Of a stretch of 54,125 nucleotides of DNA, positions 29,682-38,946 are shown in pieces. Within the stretch, counting starts at the first letter, position 1, and every line of letters starts with the position of its first letter. A program made the position numbers and the translations under genes. The notes below the pieces were generated by a model that ran no database searches, was not told the origin of the DNA, and saw nothing but the letters and a program-made list of their open reading frames with translations. The DNA is from a virus (Duplodnaviria; Caudoviricetes). The DNA is taken from the IMG/VR virus record IMGVR_UViG_3300021373_002388, positions 1-54,125 of that record. One strand, 5' to 3'.

Positions 29682-30761
29682 ATGGCAAAGCGAAAGAGAA
29701 GCCTACACGTTCTCCCAGAACCAGACTGGAGTAAGCTTAGTAAAGCTACTACTCAAGAGCAAAGGAAGGAAGCATTCAATTTCTGCCTTTACTTTGTTCA
29801 CTATGAGATTCAGGATAGGACCGGTGTGCCCCATGTGAAAAAATGGATGAGGCAAAACTGGGATGCTGAGAGTGTGAAGAAAATCTTGAAGCTACCAGAC
29901 CCAACTTTCTATTCGGCGGCTAAGTATGCTTACTGTTGGAATAAGTTGGGCTGGATGCCTGATGATGTTTCTACGTGGCTTAATGGTTGTAAAGAAGAGT
30001 GGCTTGAAAAGGCTACTAGGGTAGTCAAGGAAAAGAAAACAACCGGTCAAAAGGTTGTTTCAATCAGACCAAACCTAGCTAACTTTGCAAATGCTATTGA
30101 TGATTCTATTGATATTATTATTGATGGTAATGATGCCCCAGATACAAAAGCCCTCGTTGAAAACTTTAACCTGAATCGTGCGGAAATCACTGAAGCTGTG
30201 TCTATTGTTGAAGACATGTCTTCAGACTTCCGTGAGTTGAATGAGGGGACTGATGCACAATTGAAAGAGGCATACTCCCACATCAAAAAAGTGAAGCTGA
30301 GAAAGCTTCTGAAGTTCTTTGATGATATTACTGTTGGTCTGTCCGAAACAAAACAGGCAAATAGGATTACAAGAATTCGACGCAAGAGACCAGTAGACAA
30401 AAACAAGCTGGTTAAGAAACTTAGGTACACCGCTAAGTTTCCCGAGTTGAACTTAACCTCAGTGGACCCAGTAGAAATCATTGGTGCGTCTGAGGTTTGG
30501 ATTTACGACACGACACGTAAACGTCTTGGTGTGTATGCGTCAGAGTATGCTGGCACACTGAGTGTAAAGGGAACTGTTATAGATAATTATTCACTGAGCA
30601 AGTCTTATGAGAAGACTGTCAGGAAACCCGAGAAGGTCACTGAGTTCATGCAATGTAGAAAGAATGGATTGCACAAGTTCATGACCAGCATCCGGGGGAA
30701 ACAGTTTCCAGTAAAGACCAGATCGCAACCGTCGATGGTCATACTGAAAGTAATAAAGTAA
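29682..30761 (+). CDS. Conserved T4-like hypothetical protein
   Basis: SVDPVEIIGA..VW.Y....RL, LSVKGT, KTVRKP motifs. Confidence 0.75.
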   Translation: MAKRKRSLHVLPEPDWSKLSKATTQEQRKEAFNFCLYFVHYEIQDRTGVPHVKKWMRQNWDAESVKKILKLPDPTFYSAAKYAYCWNKLGWMPDDVSTWLNGCKEEWLEKATRVVKEKKTTGQKVVSIRPNLANFANAIDDSIDIIIDGNDAPDTKALVENFNLNRAEITEAVSIVEDMSSDFRELNEGTDAQLKEAYSHIKKVKLRKLLKFFDDITVGLSETKQANRITRIRRKRPVDKNKLVKKLRYTAKFPELNLTSVDPVEIIGASEVWIYDTTRKRLGVYASEYAGTLSVKGTVIDNYSLSKSYEKTVRKPEKVTEFMQCRKNGLHKFMTSIRGKQFPVKTRSQPSMVILKVIK

Positions 30762-30910
30762 TACCGTCTGCTGCGAACTTCTTCCAGTCTCGTCTGAGGG
30801 AGGCATTCAGGTAGTCTGGACCAGTAGCGGAGTAACGATAAGTCCCGATGACATGTGTGGCTTACGTGGAAGATCAGATAGTGCGGTGACGTTCTGATCA
30901 TTCGGGCACG
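30762..30910 (+). ncRNA. Candidate structured non-coding RNA upstream of rnh
   Basis: Intergenic; stems TCTGCTGC/GTAGCGGA, TCCAG/CTGGA, GTCTGA/TCAGGT, CCCGA/TCGGG, CATGT/ACGTG, GATCAGA/TCTGATC with several G-U pairs. Confidence 0.5.
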
Positions 30911-30936
30911 TAGAATATAATTTAATGGAGAATGAA

Positions 30937-31824
30937 ATGATTGTTGTCGATTTTTCACAGGTGGTTATCGCCACATATTGCGGAGAGCTTGGGTACGATG
31001 GTATTCAAGACTCTAAGGTTGAGATTGACTATCTCCGTCATATGGTGATGAACACTTTACGATCATACCGTCGAAAGTTTGGTGGTGAGTATGGTGAAAT
31101 GGTTATTGCTTGTGACAACAAAAAGTACTGGCGAAGAGATAAGTTTCCCGAGTACAAAGCACACCGAAAAAAGGACCGGGAAAAATCCAGTGTTGATTGG
31201 GATGGGCTTTTCTTAGGTATTGAAACACTCAAGAGTGAGTTAGATGAGTACTTCCCCTACCCAGTGATTGATATTGGAGGCGCTGAAGCTGACGATGTTA
31301 TTGGTGCGTTGGCTGAATACAGTCAGACTGCTGGTGACGGTGGATTGTTTGATGGTTCTCCAATCCCATATCTCATTCTCTCTGGTGACCACGACTTCAA
31401 TCAACTGCAGAAGTATGCAAACGTAAAGCAGTATTCTCCAATTGAGAAGAAGTGGATTAAGATTAAGGAACCAGCAGAGCATGTTTTGATGCAACACATT
31501 ATCATCGGTGACAAGGGTGACGGGGTTCCCAACATTCTCTCTGAGGACCGATCATTTGTAGACGGAATACGTCAGAAGTCTATCTTCCAAAAAAAGCTTG
31601 ATGTCTGGAAGAAGTCTCCCCCTGAAGAATGGGTTACTGAAGCAATGTCCCAGAACTATAATCGCAATCGTTTAATGGTTGATCTTTCTAAGACTCCGCA
31701 AGAAATCAAAGATGCTATTATTACCGCATATGAAGAAAATACTGGTGGTGACCGTAGCAAGATTCTGGGATATTTTATCAAGAACCGCATGCGTGGATTT
31801 TTTGATTCAGTAAGTGAATTTTGA
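30937..31824 (+). CDS. rnh: T4 RNase H (5'-3' exonuclease)
   Basis: IVVDFSQ, YWRR..FPEYKAHR, EADD, SGDHDF.QL, GDKGDGVPN. Confidence 0.93.
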   Translation: MIVVDFSQVVIATYCGELGYDGIQDSKVEIDYLRHMVMNTLRSYRRKFGGEYGEMVIACDNKKYWRRDKFPEYKAHRKKDREKSSVDWDGLFLGIETLKSELDEYFPYPVIDIGGAEADDVIGALAEYSQTAGDGGLFDGSPIPYLILSGDHDFNQLQKYANVKQYSPIEKKWIKIKEPAEHVLMQHIIIGDKGDGVPNILSEDRSFVDGIRQKSIFQKKLDVWKKSPPEEWVTEAMSQNYNRNRLMVDLSKTPQEIKDAIITAYEENTGGDRSKILGYFIKNRMRGFFDSVSEF

Positions 31825-31825
31825 T

Positions 31826-31833
31826 TATAAATA
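31826..31833 (+). promoter_or_regulatory. T4-type late promoter TATAAATA
   Basis: Exact consensus in intergenic gap. Confidence 0.65.
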
Positions 31834-31865
31834 ACATTGCAATAATTGAATGATGAGGTAAAAAA

Positions 31866-32357
31866 ATGCAACGACAAGTAGATGAATGCCTTGAAGAAAT
31901 TTTTAAGGCTGAAGGAATTGAAGCACAAGTATTAGCGATGAAAGCATGGGCTAAGAAGTCACAATTTGCTGTTCAGTTAGTTCGTATTGGTGTTGGTGCT
32001 GATAAGGTAGAGTGGAATCTTCCAGAGGGTATGCCTGAGACTGTTAAGCTTGAAGAAGATATTCCAGTTGGTATGGGTGAAACTACCATTGGAATGGAAT
32101 GGCGAAGGATTAAACACTTCTTCACACCAGACAGTAACATGAATAAGCTTGTAGATTGGAAACGTGAACAACAGTGGATTAATATGTTGGAAGGCTTGCA
32201 TCACATTGAAGCCAAGATCATGACTGCAGTGAAAGATGGTAAACTCCTTGAGCTTTATCCCGAAATGGAAAAACTGCTTCCTGAAATCGGTATTAAAGAG
32301 TGGAATAAACCAGAGCCACCTAAGAAGAAGCGTGGTCGGCCTAAGAAAAAGAAGTAA
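31866..32357 (+). CDS. Conserved T4-like hypothetical protein
   Basis: WNLPEG, KRE..WINMLEGLH..EA, KD.KL; C-terminal KKRGRPKK AT-hook-like. Confidence 0.7.
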   Translation: MQRQVDECLEEIFKAEGIEAQVLAMKAWAKKSQFAVQLVRIGVGADKVEWNLPEGMPETVKLEEDIPVGMGETTIGMEWRRIKHFFTPDSNMNKLVDWKREQQWINMLEGLHHIEAKIMTAVKDGKLLELYPEMEKLLPEIGIKEWNKPEPPKKKRGRPKKKK

Positions 32358-32893
32358 TGATTACATTATTAACTGAACCTGAAGTAGAAATACTTTGCAA
32401 GGATGACCCAGTACGTCCCCACTTGGAGGCTGAGTTCCGAGTCACGGACGGTAGGGAAGTCTTTGCATTGTATGAAGATGGCATAGTCACAGCGGTTTGT
32501 TGTGTGGCGTACTTGTATGATGTTCCCAAAGAAGAAAAGGACTTGGTTTCGTTATCAATGCATGGAACACCGGACCCCTTTGATGCTGACTGTCCTGAAG
32601 GATACGTCATAGTACCATACACGATTTGGTCCTATTCCCGCCGAGCAGGGACTAGATTATTAAACGAATTGCTTGAAACCATTCGTGTTAGTTGTCAACT
32701 GGTGAAGCCAAGAGTAGTAACACTTTCACCAATCACAGACCTAGCAAAGAAATTTCATGAAGGCAATGGGGCTTTGATGATCAAACAAAATGCAAAGAAT
32801 CTAAACTTTGAATATTTCATATTCAATAAACCAGAAACAGCAACTGTTTATGACTTGGATTATTTTCGAGAAAAAAATGTTCAAAATAACTGA
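32357..32893 (+). CDS. Hypothetical protein (GNAT-like)
   Basis: DDPVRPH, YTIWSY...AG, VTLSP.T..A.KFH..NGA. Confidence 0.6.
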   Translation: MITLLTEPEVEILCKDDPVRPHLEAEFRVTDGREVFALYEDGIVTAVCCVAYLYDVPKEEKDLVSLSMHGTPDPFDADCPEGYVIVPYTIWSYSRRAGTRLLNELLETIRVSCQLVKPRVVTLSPITDLAKKFHEGNGALMIKQNAKNLNFEYFIFNKPETATVYDLDYFREKNVQNN

Positions 32894-33092
32894 TGTTTGG
32901 GAGGCATTGTTTCAAGAGGAATACGAGATAGTTGTATACCTTAACAAAAAGCTTACCAAGAAAAACACATATGCGGCAAAGAAGGTTATTAAGTCATCCC
33001 CAAAACATTTCGTTTGGGTTGGCACTGATGGTAAGAAACACGAGTTGAAATTTGTTAACCCGGTAAATTACCACATAACCAAATTAATCTAG
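32877..33092 (+). CDS. Hypothetical protein
   Basis: ORF from ATG 32877 overlapping the previous gene. Confidence 0.55.
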   Translation: MFKITDVWEALFQEEYEIVVYLNKKLTKKNTYAAKKVIKSSPKHFVWVGTDGKKHELKFVNPVNYHITKLI

Positions 33093-33581
33093 GGGCTTGT
33101 ACGGGTCATAATAGCGCCCCGGCTGATATCCTTCTGGGATAGAGTCGTTCTCGGGTATGAGAGTCGTGTGCTGTGCGTTGCAGATGTATTTGTACTTACC
33201 ACGCGCCCGTCTCTTTTCGGACATTTTTAATTTGGTTTCGTACTTGTGTTTTCTGCCATACATGTTATTATTCTCACCACGAAACTTGCCAGTCTTGGCT
33301 TTTATTATTTTTTGACGGTGCTCTTCGGAGATACCATTTTGATGTGGAGGATTTTTCTTAACGCCAGCACTGATTTTGTCTTTGGTCTCTTGAGTATGTT
33401 TGGTGCGTTTTCTTGCCTTATCTACCGCAAACTCAATACCCTGCTTCTCTGCGTATTCCCGCAGAACTTCAACAGCGTTGGCTTTACGTACTAATTCCCG
33501 TGGCTTGGGTACCTTATCGACACCCTTGTTATCCACGAGATAATACCCTTCATTTGTATGGAATATAAAGTAAGATTTCAT
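33084..33581 (-). CDS. NUMOD3-motif DNA-binding protein (homing-endonuclease-related)
   Basis: HTQETKDKIS, SEEHRQKI, GENNNMYGRKHKYETKLKMS, IPEGY..GR; only convincing minus-strand gene. Confidence 0.75.
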   Translation of the reverse strand: MKSYFIFHTNEGYYLVDNKGVDKVPKPRELVRKANAVEVLREYAEKQGIEFAVDKARKRTKHTQETKDKISAGVKKNPPHQNGISEEHRQKIIKAKTGKFRGENNNMYGRKHKYETKLKMSEKRRARGKYKYICNAQHTTLIPENDSIPEGYQPGRYYDPYKPLD

Positions 33582-33587
33582 AATAAT

Positions 33588-33595
33588 TATTTATA
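33588..33595 (-). promoter_or_regulatory. T4-type late promoter TATAAATA (minus strand)
   Basis: TATTTATA on + strand, 6 nt from the start of the NUMOD3 gene. Confidence 0.7.
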
Positions 33596-33602
33596 AAAGT
33601 GC

Positions 33603-33630
33603 TTGACAACTGATAAAATATGTGTATAAT
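33603..33630 (+). promoter_or_regulatory. sigma70-type early promoter
   Basis: TTGACA-N16-TATAAT, ACGAGG RBS downstream. Confidence 0.8.
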
Positions 33631-33662
33631 GGACACATAATCAATTGAACGAGGTATTTATT

Positions 33663-33827
33663 ATGGAAAACGAATTTGACTTGGAAGAATACGCATATCA
33701 ACAAGAAGCTGCTGAGTTGTACGAGCAGGAAGACAAGTATGTTGATGTTTGTGGTGAAGGCTACACTTGCCTTAACTGTGGTGCCACTACTCCAGATCAT
33801 TCTTGTGCAGATGTGTGGGGTGACTAA
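33663..33827 (+). CDS. Small acidic hypothetical protein
   Basis: GAGG RBS; C...CLNC...H.C. Confidence 0.55.
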   Translation: MENEFDLEEYAYQQEAAELYEQEDKYVDVCGEGYTCLNCGATTPDHSCADVWGD

Positions 33828-33829
33828 AA

Positions 33830-34066
33830 ATGATCGAACAAGACATTAATGTGAACATCACGATTTCAGCCGAAACAGCAAATGCTTTTGCCGACTACCT
33901 AGAAACGTTCTATGGTGCTGGGCAACTTTATGATTTGGGGGTGACTCGTGAAGAGATTGAAAGTGCTGCTGTGAGATACATTCGGAAATACGCCCCAACT
34001 TTTGAGGGTGACTCGATTGACCGAGAACGCACCCGCGATCAATTTCTTTTAAAGGAGTGTGTTTAA
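33830..34066 (+). CDS. Hypothetical protein
   Basis: FY G..G.Y...FEGDSIDRE.R motif seen in phage early genes. Confidence 0.6.
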   Translation: MIEQDINVNITISAETANAFADYLETFYGAGQLYDLGVTREEIESAAVRYIRKYAPTFEGDSIDRERTRDQFLLKECV

Positions 34067-34067
34067 T

Positions 34068-34391
34068 ATGAGTTTGTCTAAAATCCCATGGAATGTTTCT
34101 CGCTGGTCCGAGACCGGTGGCGATCAACCAGAAAATACTGGCGATTGTTACATAAACAATGGTGTATGTGATATTGCCTATCTAGCAACACACAGAGTCG
34201 CTGATGTTGATATGACAGAAGACGATGCCCACCTGCTAGCATCAGCACCGGTTCTTCAAAAGGCTCTAGAGGACATGGTTGATATGTATGTCGGTCTGGT
34301 TGACTCTGGTGACTGTGGTTGTTGGAATCCTGAAGAGGTTTCTGAGGTTATAGTAGCCCGCAATGCAATTGCAGTGTCAAAGGGGCGATAA
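34068..34391 (+). CDS. Hypothetical protein
   Basis: PW...DAHLLASAP.L..AL pattern; AAGGAG RBS. Confidence 0.6.
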   Translation: MSLSKIPWNVSRWSETGGDQPENTGDCYINNGVCDIAYLATHRVADVDMTEDDAHLLASAPVLQKALEDMVDMYVGLVDSGDCGCWNPEEVSEVIVARNAIAVSKGR

Positions 34392-34393
34392 TA

Positions 34394-34600
34394 ATGATTG
34401 AACAAATAGTATTTGTATTAACCGCACTGATGGTAATTTATGGTGCATTCTTCCCCCTAATTGCCGCTGTTTTGGGTAACGATGTTAATGTTCCGGTTCC
34501 ATTCTTACATCTGCTTAATCTAGATTTTGCGAACGCATATTTCAACATGCCAGCATCTGCATATCAAATCTATTATTGGTCGCAGCCACTTTTTGTATAG
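34394..34600 (+). CDS. Small membrane protein
   Basis: Hydrophobic ORF in tightly packed operon. Confidence 0.55.
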   Translation: MIEQIVFVLTALMVIYGAFFPLIAAVLGNDVNVPVPFLHLLNLDFANAYFNMPASAYQIYYWSQPLFV

Positions 34601-34608
34601 GTGATCGC

Positions 34609-34923
34609 ATGGGATTCTATGAAACAATCAAGACAGCATTGAAAGACCCTAGGAACTTTGGTCGGGGTCGTGATATGCTTGTTAACTCTCGCGCACTAGA
34701 AGAGTTATTAGCACACTATGAGCACTTAGAGGCTCGTTATCGCATGGAAAACAACACTGAAGCCCCAACATGGGAACGTGCCATGGATAATTTACGTTTC
34801 ATTTATTATGAAGATAGGGATTTGAAAATGCTTTTTCAAGCAGTTGCGAATATCAATGAATTGGTCAGGGAAGATCAAGAAAGAACCATGGGAAACATCT
34901 ATAGGAGAAAAAAGGAATCATGA
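34609..34923 (+). CDS. Hypothetical protein
   Basis: AGGT RBS; coupled to next gene. Confidence 0.6.
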   Translation: MGFYETIKTALKDPRNFGRGRDMLVNSRALEELLAHYEHLEARYRMENNTEAPTWERAMDNLRFIYYEDRDLKMLFQAVANINELVREDQERTMGNIYRRKKES

Positions 34924-35264
34924 GCAATACTGTGAACGCGACTACATCATGCACTGGTAGTCAATTATCTCTTTCTGAGCAAGCACTGGGACTTGACCGA
35001 AACGATCTTAAGTCTGACGGTAAGCTAGTGTCTTTGCACACAGAATTTGAGGTAACAAAATTCAAACCTGCTATACTTGGTGACATACTTACAAGTGATA
35101 AGTTTATCAGGTTTGATCTGCTAGCCCGAAATGTAATTAAAGAAGGATTCGCACATAACACTAAGGTACAGGTGGGTTCATCAGGACGCGCCCAAGAAAT
35201 CAAAACTCCAGATGGACGTAGGTTTCGACAGATCGGTACCAGTTATTACGGAGACATAGGATGA
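34920..35264 (+). CDS. Hypothetical protein
   Basis: ATGA overlaps on both sides. Confidence 0.6.
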   Translation: MSNTVNATTSCTGSQLSLSEQALGLDRNDLKSDGKLVSLHTEFEVTKFKPAILGDILTSDKFIRFDLLARNVIKEGFAHNTKVQVGSSGRAQEIKTPDGRRFRQIGTSYYGDIG

Positions 35265-35473
35265 GCGATTTAAAGTACAAAACAGTAGAAGAACTTGAAG
35301 GTGAAATTGCATACCTTGAGAAAAAGATTAGTGAGCACAAACAAAAGGCTCACAATCTAGACCAGAGACTGAGCTGGGCTAGGAAGTATCTATTTCAAAA
35401 AACCCCCCAAGAATTGACCATGAGCCAAATTGAATATGCTCTTGGACATGCTGTCATTATTAAATACGATTAG
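35261..35473 (+). CDS. Hypothetical coiled-coil protein
   Basis: ATGA overlap. Confidence 0.6.
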   Translation: MSDLKYKTVEELEGEIAYLEKKISEHKQKAHNLDQRLSWARKYLFQKTPQELTMSQIEYALGHAVIIKYD

Positions 35474-35484
35474 GAGAATATATT

Positions 35485-35925
35485 ATGGCAAAGCTATCTA
35501 AGGCGCAACAAGATTACTCAATGAGTCGAGTGCGTGACATTGTTGCAAGTAAATACCCAATCCCAACACAACCAACCCCACCAAATGTTAAGGCGCATGT
35601 TCAAAAACTTCTAGGTAGGAAGCTGCCAGACGAAGCTTTTAATTCTGGATATCGACACTATTGGTCGGACGTTGAAAATTTTTTACTTGAGTATGACCCA
35701 GCATTTGATGATTACCGGAAAGAATGTGCTTTTGTGGAAGAGGAACAGTCTCGTATTAAAGATGAGCGAGAACGCGCTGTCAAGGCCGCTGAAGATCAGA
35801 TCATGCTTGGTGAGGCTGAAGAGGTAATGCAGTATCTTCGGGTGCTGGAAGAAATGCCAGTGGTGGAAGTTAAGAAGGTTGCCAAGAAGAAGGTTGCCAA
35901 GAAAAAAACTCAAAAAAAGGCTTGA
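35485..35925 (+). CDS. Hypothetical protein with KKVAK-repeat tail
   Basis: AGGAG RBS; KKVAKKKVAKKK C-terminus. Confidence 0.65.
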   Translation: MAKLSKAQQDYSMSRVRDIVASKYPIPTQPTPPNVKAHVQKLLGRKLPDEAFNSGYRHYWSDVENFLLEYDPAFDDYRKECAFVEEEQSRIKDERERAVKAAEDQIMLGEAEEVMQYLRVLEEMPVVEVKKVAKKKVAKKKTQKKA

Positions 35926-35949
35926 CACCTGAAATAACTGTGGTATAGT
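35922..35949 (+). promoter_or_regulatory. sigma70-type early promoter
   Basis: TTGACA-N16-TATAGT then CAACGAAACGAGG leader. Confidence 0.8.
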
Positions 35950-35981
35950 AGGCACATATTCAACGAAACGAGGATAAGAAT

Positions 35982-36533
35982 ATGACCAACTATACCGCAG
36001 ATCAGCTAGCTCTTAAGGCCCACATCGAAGCTTCAAATGCTGAGTGGGTAGCTCAGTGTGAGGCCCGTGGTGCCACTTTCTACACCACAACTACTACTGA
36101 CCTAGACCACTGGGCAGAAAGTGGTGTGTTCAGTGTGGAAGACTATGAGCGCCATAGTCTTATCTGTGAAATCAGTGATGCTTCTAAGGAGGCATATGGT
36201 TTCCGTCTTCGTATGGACTGGGATTCTATGTCCATGGAAGAGCTTCGTGAAGAAGCTTCCCGTGTGTGGCAGTATGCTGTTGCAGAAGCAGAGCTTGAGC
36301 AGGAGCGCGAAAAGCTGGACTTGGAGGAATTCAAGGCAATGCTGCAGCAGACCATCGATATGGGTGCTGGTGATGAGGAAACCGCATTGCGCTGGTTGAC
36401 TCAGGGCGAAACTTTCTACCACGGTCAGTGTGTAGAGAGTTGGGTGCATGAGCAAGGCATTTTGTTCACTGACTATGGTCGTGAACTTGTTAAGAGGTTA
36501 AAAGACCTCGTGGATTATGTGGAGTGTGCATGA
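35982..36533 (+). CDS. Hypothetical early protein
   Basis: ISDASKEAYGFR, MGAGDEETALRW motifs; strong codon bias. Confidence 0.7.
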   Translation: MTNYTADQLALKAHIEASNAEWVAQCEARGATFYTTTTTDLDHWAESGVFSVEDYERHSLICEISDASKEAYGFRLRMDWDSMSMEELREEASRVWQYAVAEAELEQEREKLDLEEFKAMLQQTIDMGAGDEETALRWLTQGETFYHGQCVESWVHEQGILFTDYGRELVKRLKDLVDYVECA

Positions 36534-37009
36534 TAGAAACAAAACCTTTCAATCACATGACTATACTGCCTGATGGAAGCGGTCAGATCACTGGTCTGAT
36601 CGCTGAAGTTGGTTTTGCAAAAAGTCTGATTGAACACAGCATATCATTTTCATGGGTGGGTAGTAAGAAAGGCCCCTATGATTTTGTGTGTGACATGAAT
36701 GGTACAGATATTAAGATTGATGTAAAGTGTAAGAAGAGAACTGTGCCACCAAAGCCCTTCTATTCTTCTCACGTAACACAAGATCAGAAACAATATGATT
36801 GCAACGTCTACGTGTTTGCATCATTAAACGATCAGGAACTGGATTTCATGGGGTGGTATCCTAAACCACATTACTGGCGAGACGCTAAGATTGTGATGAA
36901 GGGTGACCCAGATGGTAGAGGTTATAAAGAGCGAGCCAATGCTGCCAAGATGGATTATAAAGACTTGAAGTCTATGGATGCTCTATTTAGGTACTTGAAA
37001 AATGAGTGA
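36530..37009 (+). CDS. PD-(D/E)XK nuclease-like protein
   Basis: G..AE, YDF, KIDVKCK. Confidence 0.55.
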   Translation: MIETKPFNHMTILPDGSGQITGLIAEVGFAKSLIEHSISFSWVGSKKGPYDFVCDMNGTDIKIDVKCKKRTVPPKPFYSSHVTQDQKQYDCNVYVFASLNDQELDFMGWYPKPHYWRDAKIVMKGDPDGRGYKERANAAKMDYKDLKSMDALFRYLKNE

Positions 37010-37610
37010 AGAAAAAATCATTCTGACAGATTGTGATGGTGTTCTTCTCAGTTGGGACTATGCATTTCACCAGTGGATGGAAGTGCGTGGTTACCAGTTA
37101 CAGCGAAAGAATGAATACAGTATTGCCAAGTCTTATGGGCTGGAAAGTTCTGAAGGGAGTAATCTTGTTCAAATCTTTAATGAGTCGGCGGCAATGGGGT
37201 TCTTACCATCCTTGCGCGATTCACAACATATTCTATTGAAACTCAGAGCAGTTCTCGGTTATCGTTTTGTTGCGATTACTAGCATGAGTGATGACAGATA
37301 CGCAAAAATTCTTCGGGAGCGAAACCTAGCAAAACTGTTTGGCCCGACAGCATTCAAGGAAGTACACTGCTTACCTTGTGGTGCAGATAAAACTGAAGCC
37401 CTTGAGGAAGCTGCTGAGAAATATCCCGGTGCTTATTGGGTAGAGGACAATACCAGAAACGCAGAGATTGGAGCTAGTCTTGGTTTGAATGCACGAATCA
37501 TGGAACATGGTTATAACATGGATTATGATGGTGAAGTCAAGATAGTCAAAAACTGGAAAGAAATTTATGATGAAATCGTGGAGCTAGAAAATGAATCAAA
37601 TAACAGGTAG
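37002..37610 (+). CDS. HAD-superfamily phosphatase/5'(3')-deoxyribonucleotidase-like (T4 gp30.2-like)
   Basis: ILTDCDGVL, AITS, K, WVEDN, HGYN. Confidence 0.8.
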   Translation: MSEEKIILTDCDGVLLSWDYAFHQWMEVRGYQLQRKNEYSIAKSYGLESSEGSNLVQIFNESAAMGFLPSLRDSQHILLKLRAVLGYRFVAITSMSDDRYAKILRERNLAKLFGPTAFKEVHCLPCGADKTEALEEAAEKYPGAYWVEDNTRNAEIGASLGLNARIMEHGYNMDYDGEVKIVKNWKEIYDEIVELENESNNR

Positions 37611-38109
37611 AAGATTGGCACAAAGATTATTGTCTTTGAAAAAGATAGACTTGAGGGTGGTAGAAGAGCTTGTAAAACTTAGGGTTCCCTTAGCCAAAAT
37701 ACATGGGAAGATTGGTAGTGAAGTTCCATATCACGCCTTTCGTGAATATGCTGATGGTGCTATACAGAGAGGACGTTCTAAAAAACCTCCAGTCATTCCA
37801 ATAGTGAGACCTGTTCTTACAGTTATAACTGATAAGAAAAGTAAAAAACACCATTCTTATATTGGTCAGCCAAGAAAGAAAAACTCGACATACGTGGGTG
37901 AGAAGAAATGTGGTGGTTGTGGTAACAATGAATGGTATAAAAGCACTGATACGTGTGTAAATTGTGTCCGTCATTATGCAGCAAAATATAGTAGAAAAAT
38001 TAATAGTGGGAAACATCTTGAGAAGAGAGAACATGTTGTAGAGTATGAAAGAATTCCCCCTGTTGTTAAACCAAGTTTGAAAAAAATATATAAAGAGCTA
38101 GAGGCATAA
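37591..38109 (+). CDS. Basic hypothetical protein with CxxC..CxxC
   Basis: Y.GEKKCGGCG...Y....CVNC. Confidence 0.55.
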   Translation: MNQITGRRLAQRLLSLKKIDLRVVEELVKLRVPLAKIHGKIGSEVPYHAFREYADGAIQRGRSKKPPVIPIVRPVLTVITDKKSKKHHSYIGQPRKKNSTYVGEKKCGGCGNNEWYKSTDTCVNCVRHYAAKYSRKINSGKHLEKREHVVEYERIPPVVKPSLKKIYKELEA

Positions 38110-38110
38110 C

Positions 38111-38500
38111 ATGACAAGGACCACTAAGAAAAGACTAATGGAAAGGCGTGATCTTATACATCTTGATAAATACGGATTGCTTGATATTGTCAACATTGAA
38201 AAAACCATTGAAGAACTTCAAAAGCTTCGCGATAAATATTATGAAATGTATGGTCCCACAACTAGAGTTGAGTTGGAAATCGATACGTATTATGAATGTT
38301 ATAATGATTCAGAATACTGGAGATTGATTGCTAAGGTGGAAAGCCTTGAGTCTGATGAAGAGTATGCAAAGCGCATGGAAACTACCAAGAAGAAACGAGC
38401 AGCAGCTAGGAAAGCAGCCGAAACACGTAGAAAGTCTACCGAAGAGAAGGAACGGGCGCAACTGAAAAAACTTCTGGAAAAATATTCAGAAACTGCTTGA
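38111..38500 (+). CDS. Hypothetical protein
   Basis: ESDEEY.KR...ERAQL.KL..KY. Confidence 0.6.
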   Translation: MTRTTKKRLMERRDLIHLDKYGLLDIVNIEKTIEELQKLRDKYYEMYGPTTRVELEIDTYYECYNDSEYWRLIAKVESLESDEEYAKRMETTKKKRAAARKAAETRRKSTEEKERAQLKKLLEKYSETA

Positions 38501-38524
38501 CAATTTTGAGAACTGTGGTATAGT
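38497..38524 (+). promoter_or_regulatory. sigma70-type early promoter
   Basis: TTGACA-N16-TATAGT. Confidence 0.75.
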
Positions 38525-38554
38525 TCACTTACTTTAACCATTTGGAGACCTTTT

Positions 38555-38857
38555 ATGTCTTTCGCCCCAAGCACAACATATTTCGACGTAGGTGACGGTA
38601 CAATCCGTGGCTCTTTTGTAGAGAAGTCTGTTGGAAACTTTTTTGAGTTTAGCCTGAACACCGAGGAAAACAATTTCGGTGAGGACTATCCCCACAAGGT
38701 TTGGGTGAGCAGCAATCCAGTGAATGATTCTGGTTGGCGCTATGCCCGTGTGATGAAGACCGTTGCATATGTGGTGGTTGATGAGGACGCAGAAGGCAAT
38801 CCAGTAGTTGAGAAGTGGGATATCAAGGAACACAATTCTTATAAGGAGCTAAACTAA
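38555..38857 (+). CDS. Hypothetical protein
   Basis: GGAG RBS; RYARVMKTVAYVVVDED..G.PVVEKW. Confidence 0.7.
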   Translation: MSFAPSTTYFDVGDGTIRGSFVEKSVGNFFEFSLNTEENNFGEDYPHKVWVSSNPVNDSGWRYARVMKTVAYVVVDEDAEGNPVVEKWDIKEHNSYKELN

Positions 38858-38946
38858 AGGGAATAACGTGCCCTACACTTAACGTAGTCCTGCCAGCCCT
38901 AAAACGTATGGGAAGGATGTGGCAGGCACTAATTTTAGGGGTGACT

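Noticed and set aside
30845-30907. Hammerhead ribozyme
   Set aside because: Core words are similar but GAAA/UH and stem I do not fit; kept only as an unknown structured RNA
38889-38940. HDV-like/theta or pistol ribozyme
   Set aside because: Pseudoknot present but catalytic-core elements and their order do not match
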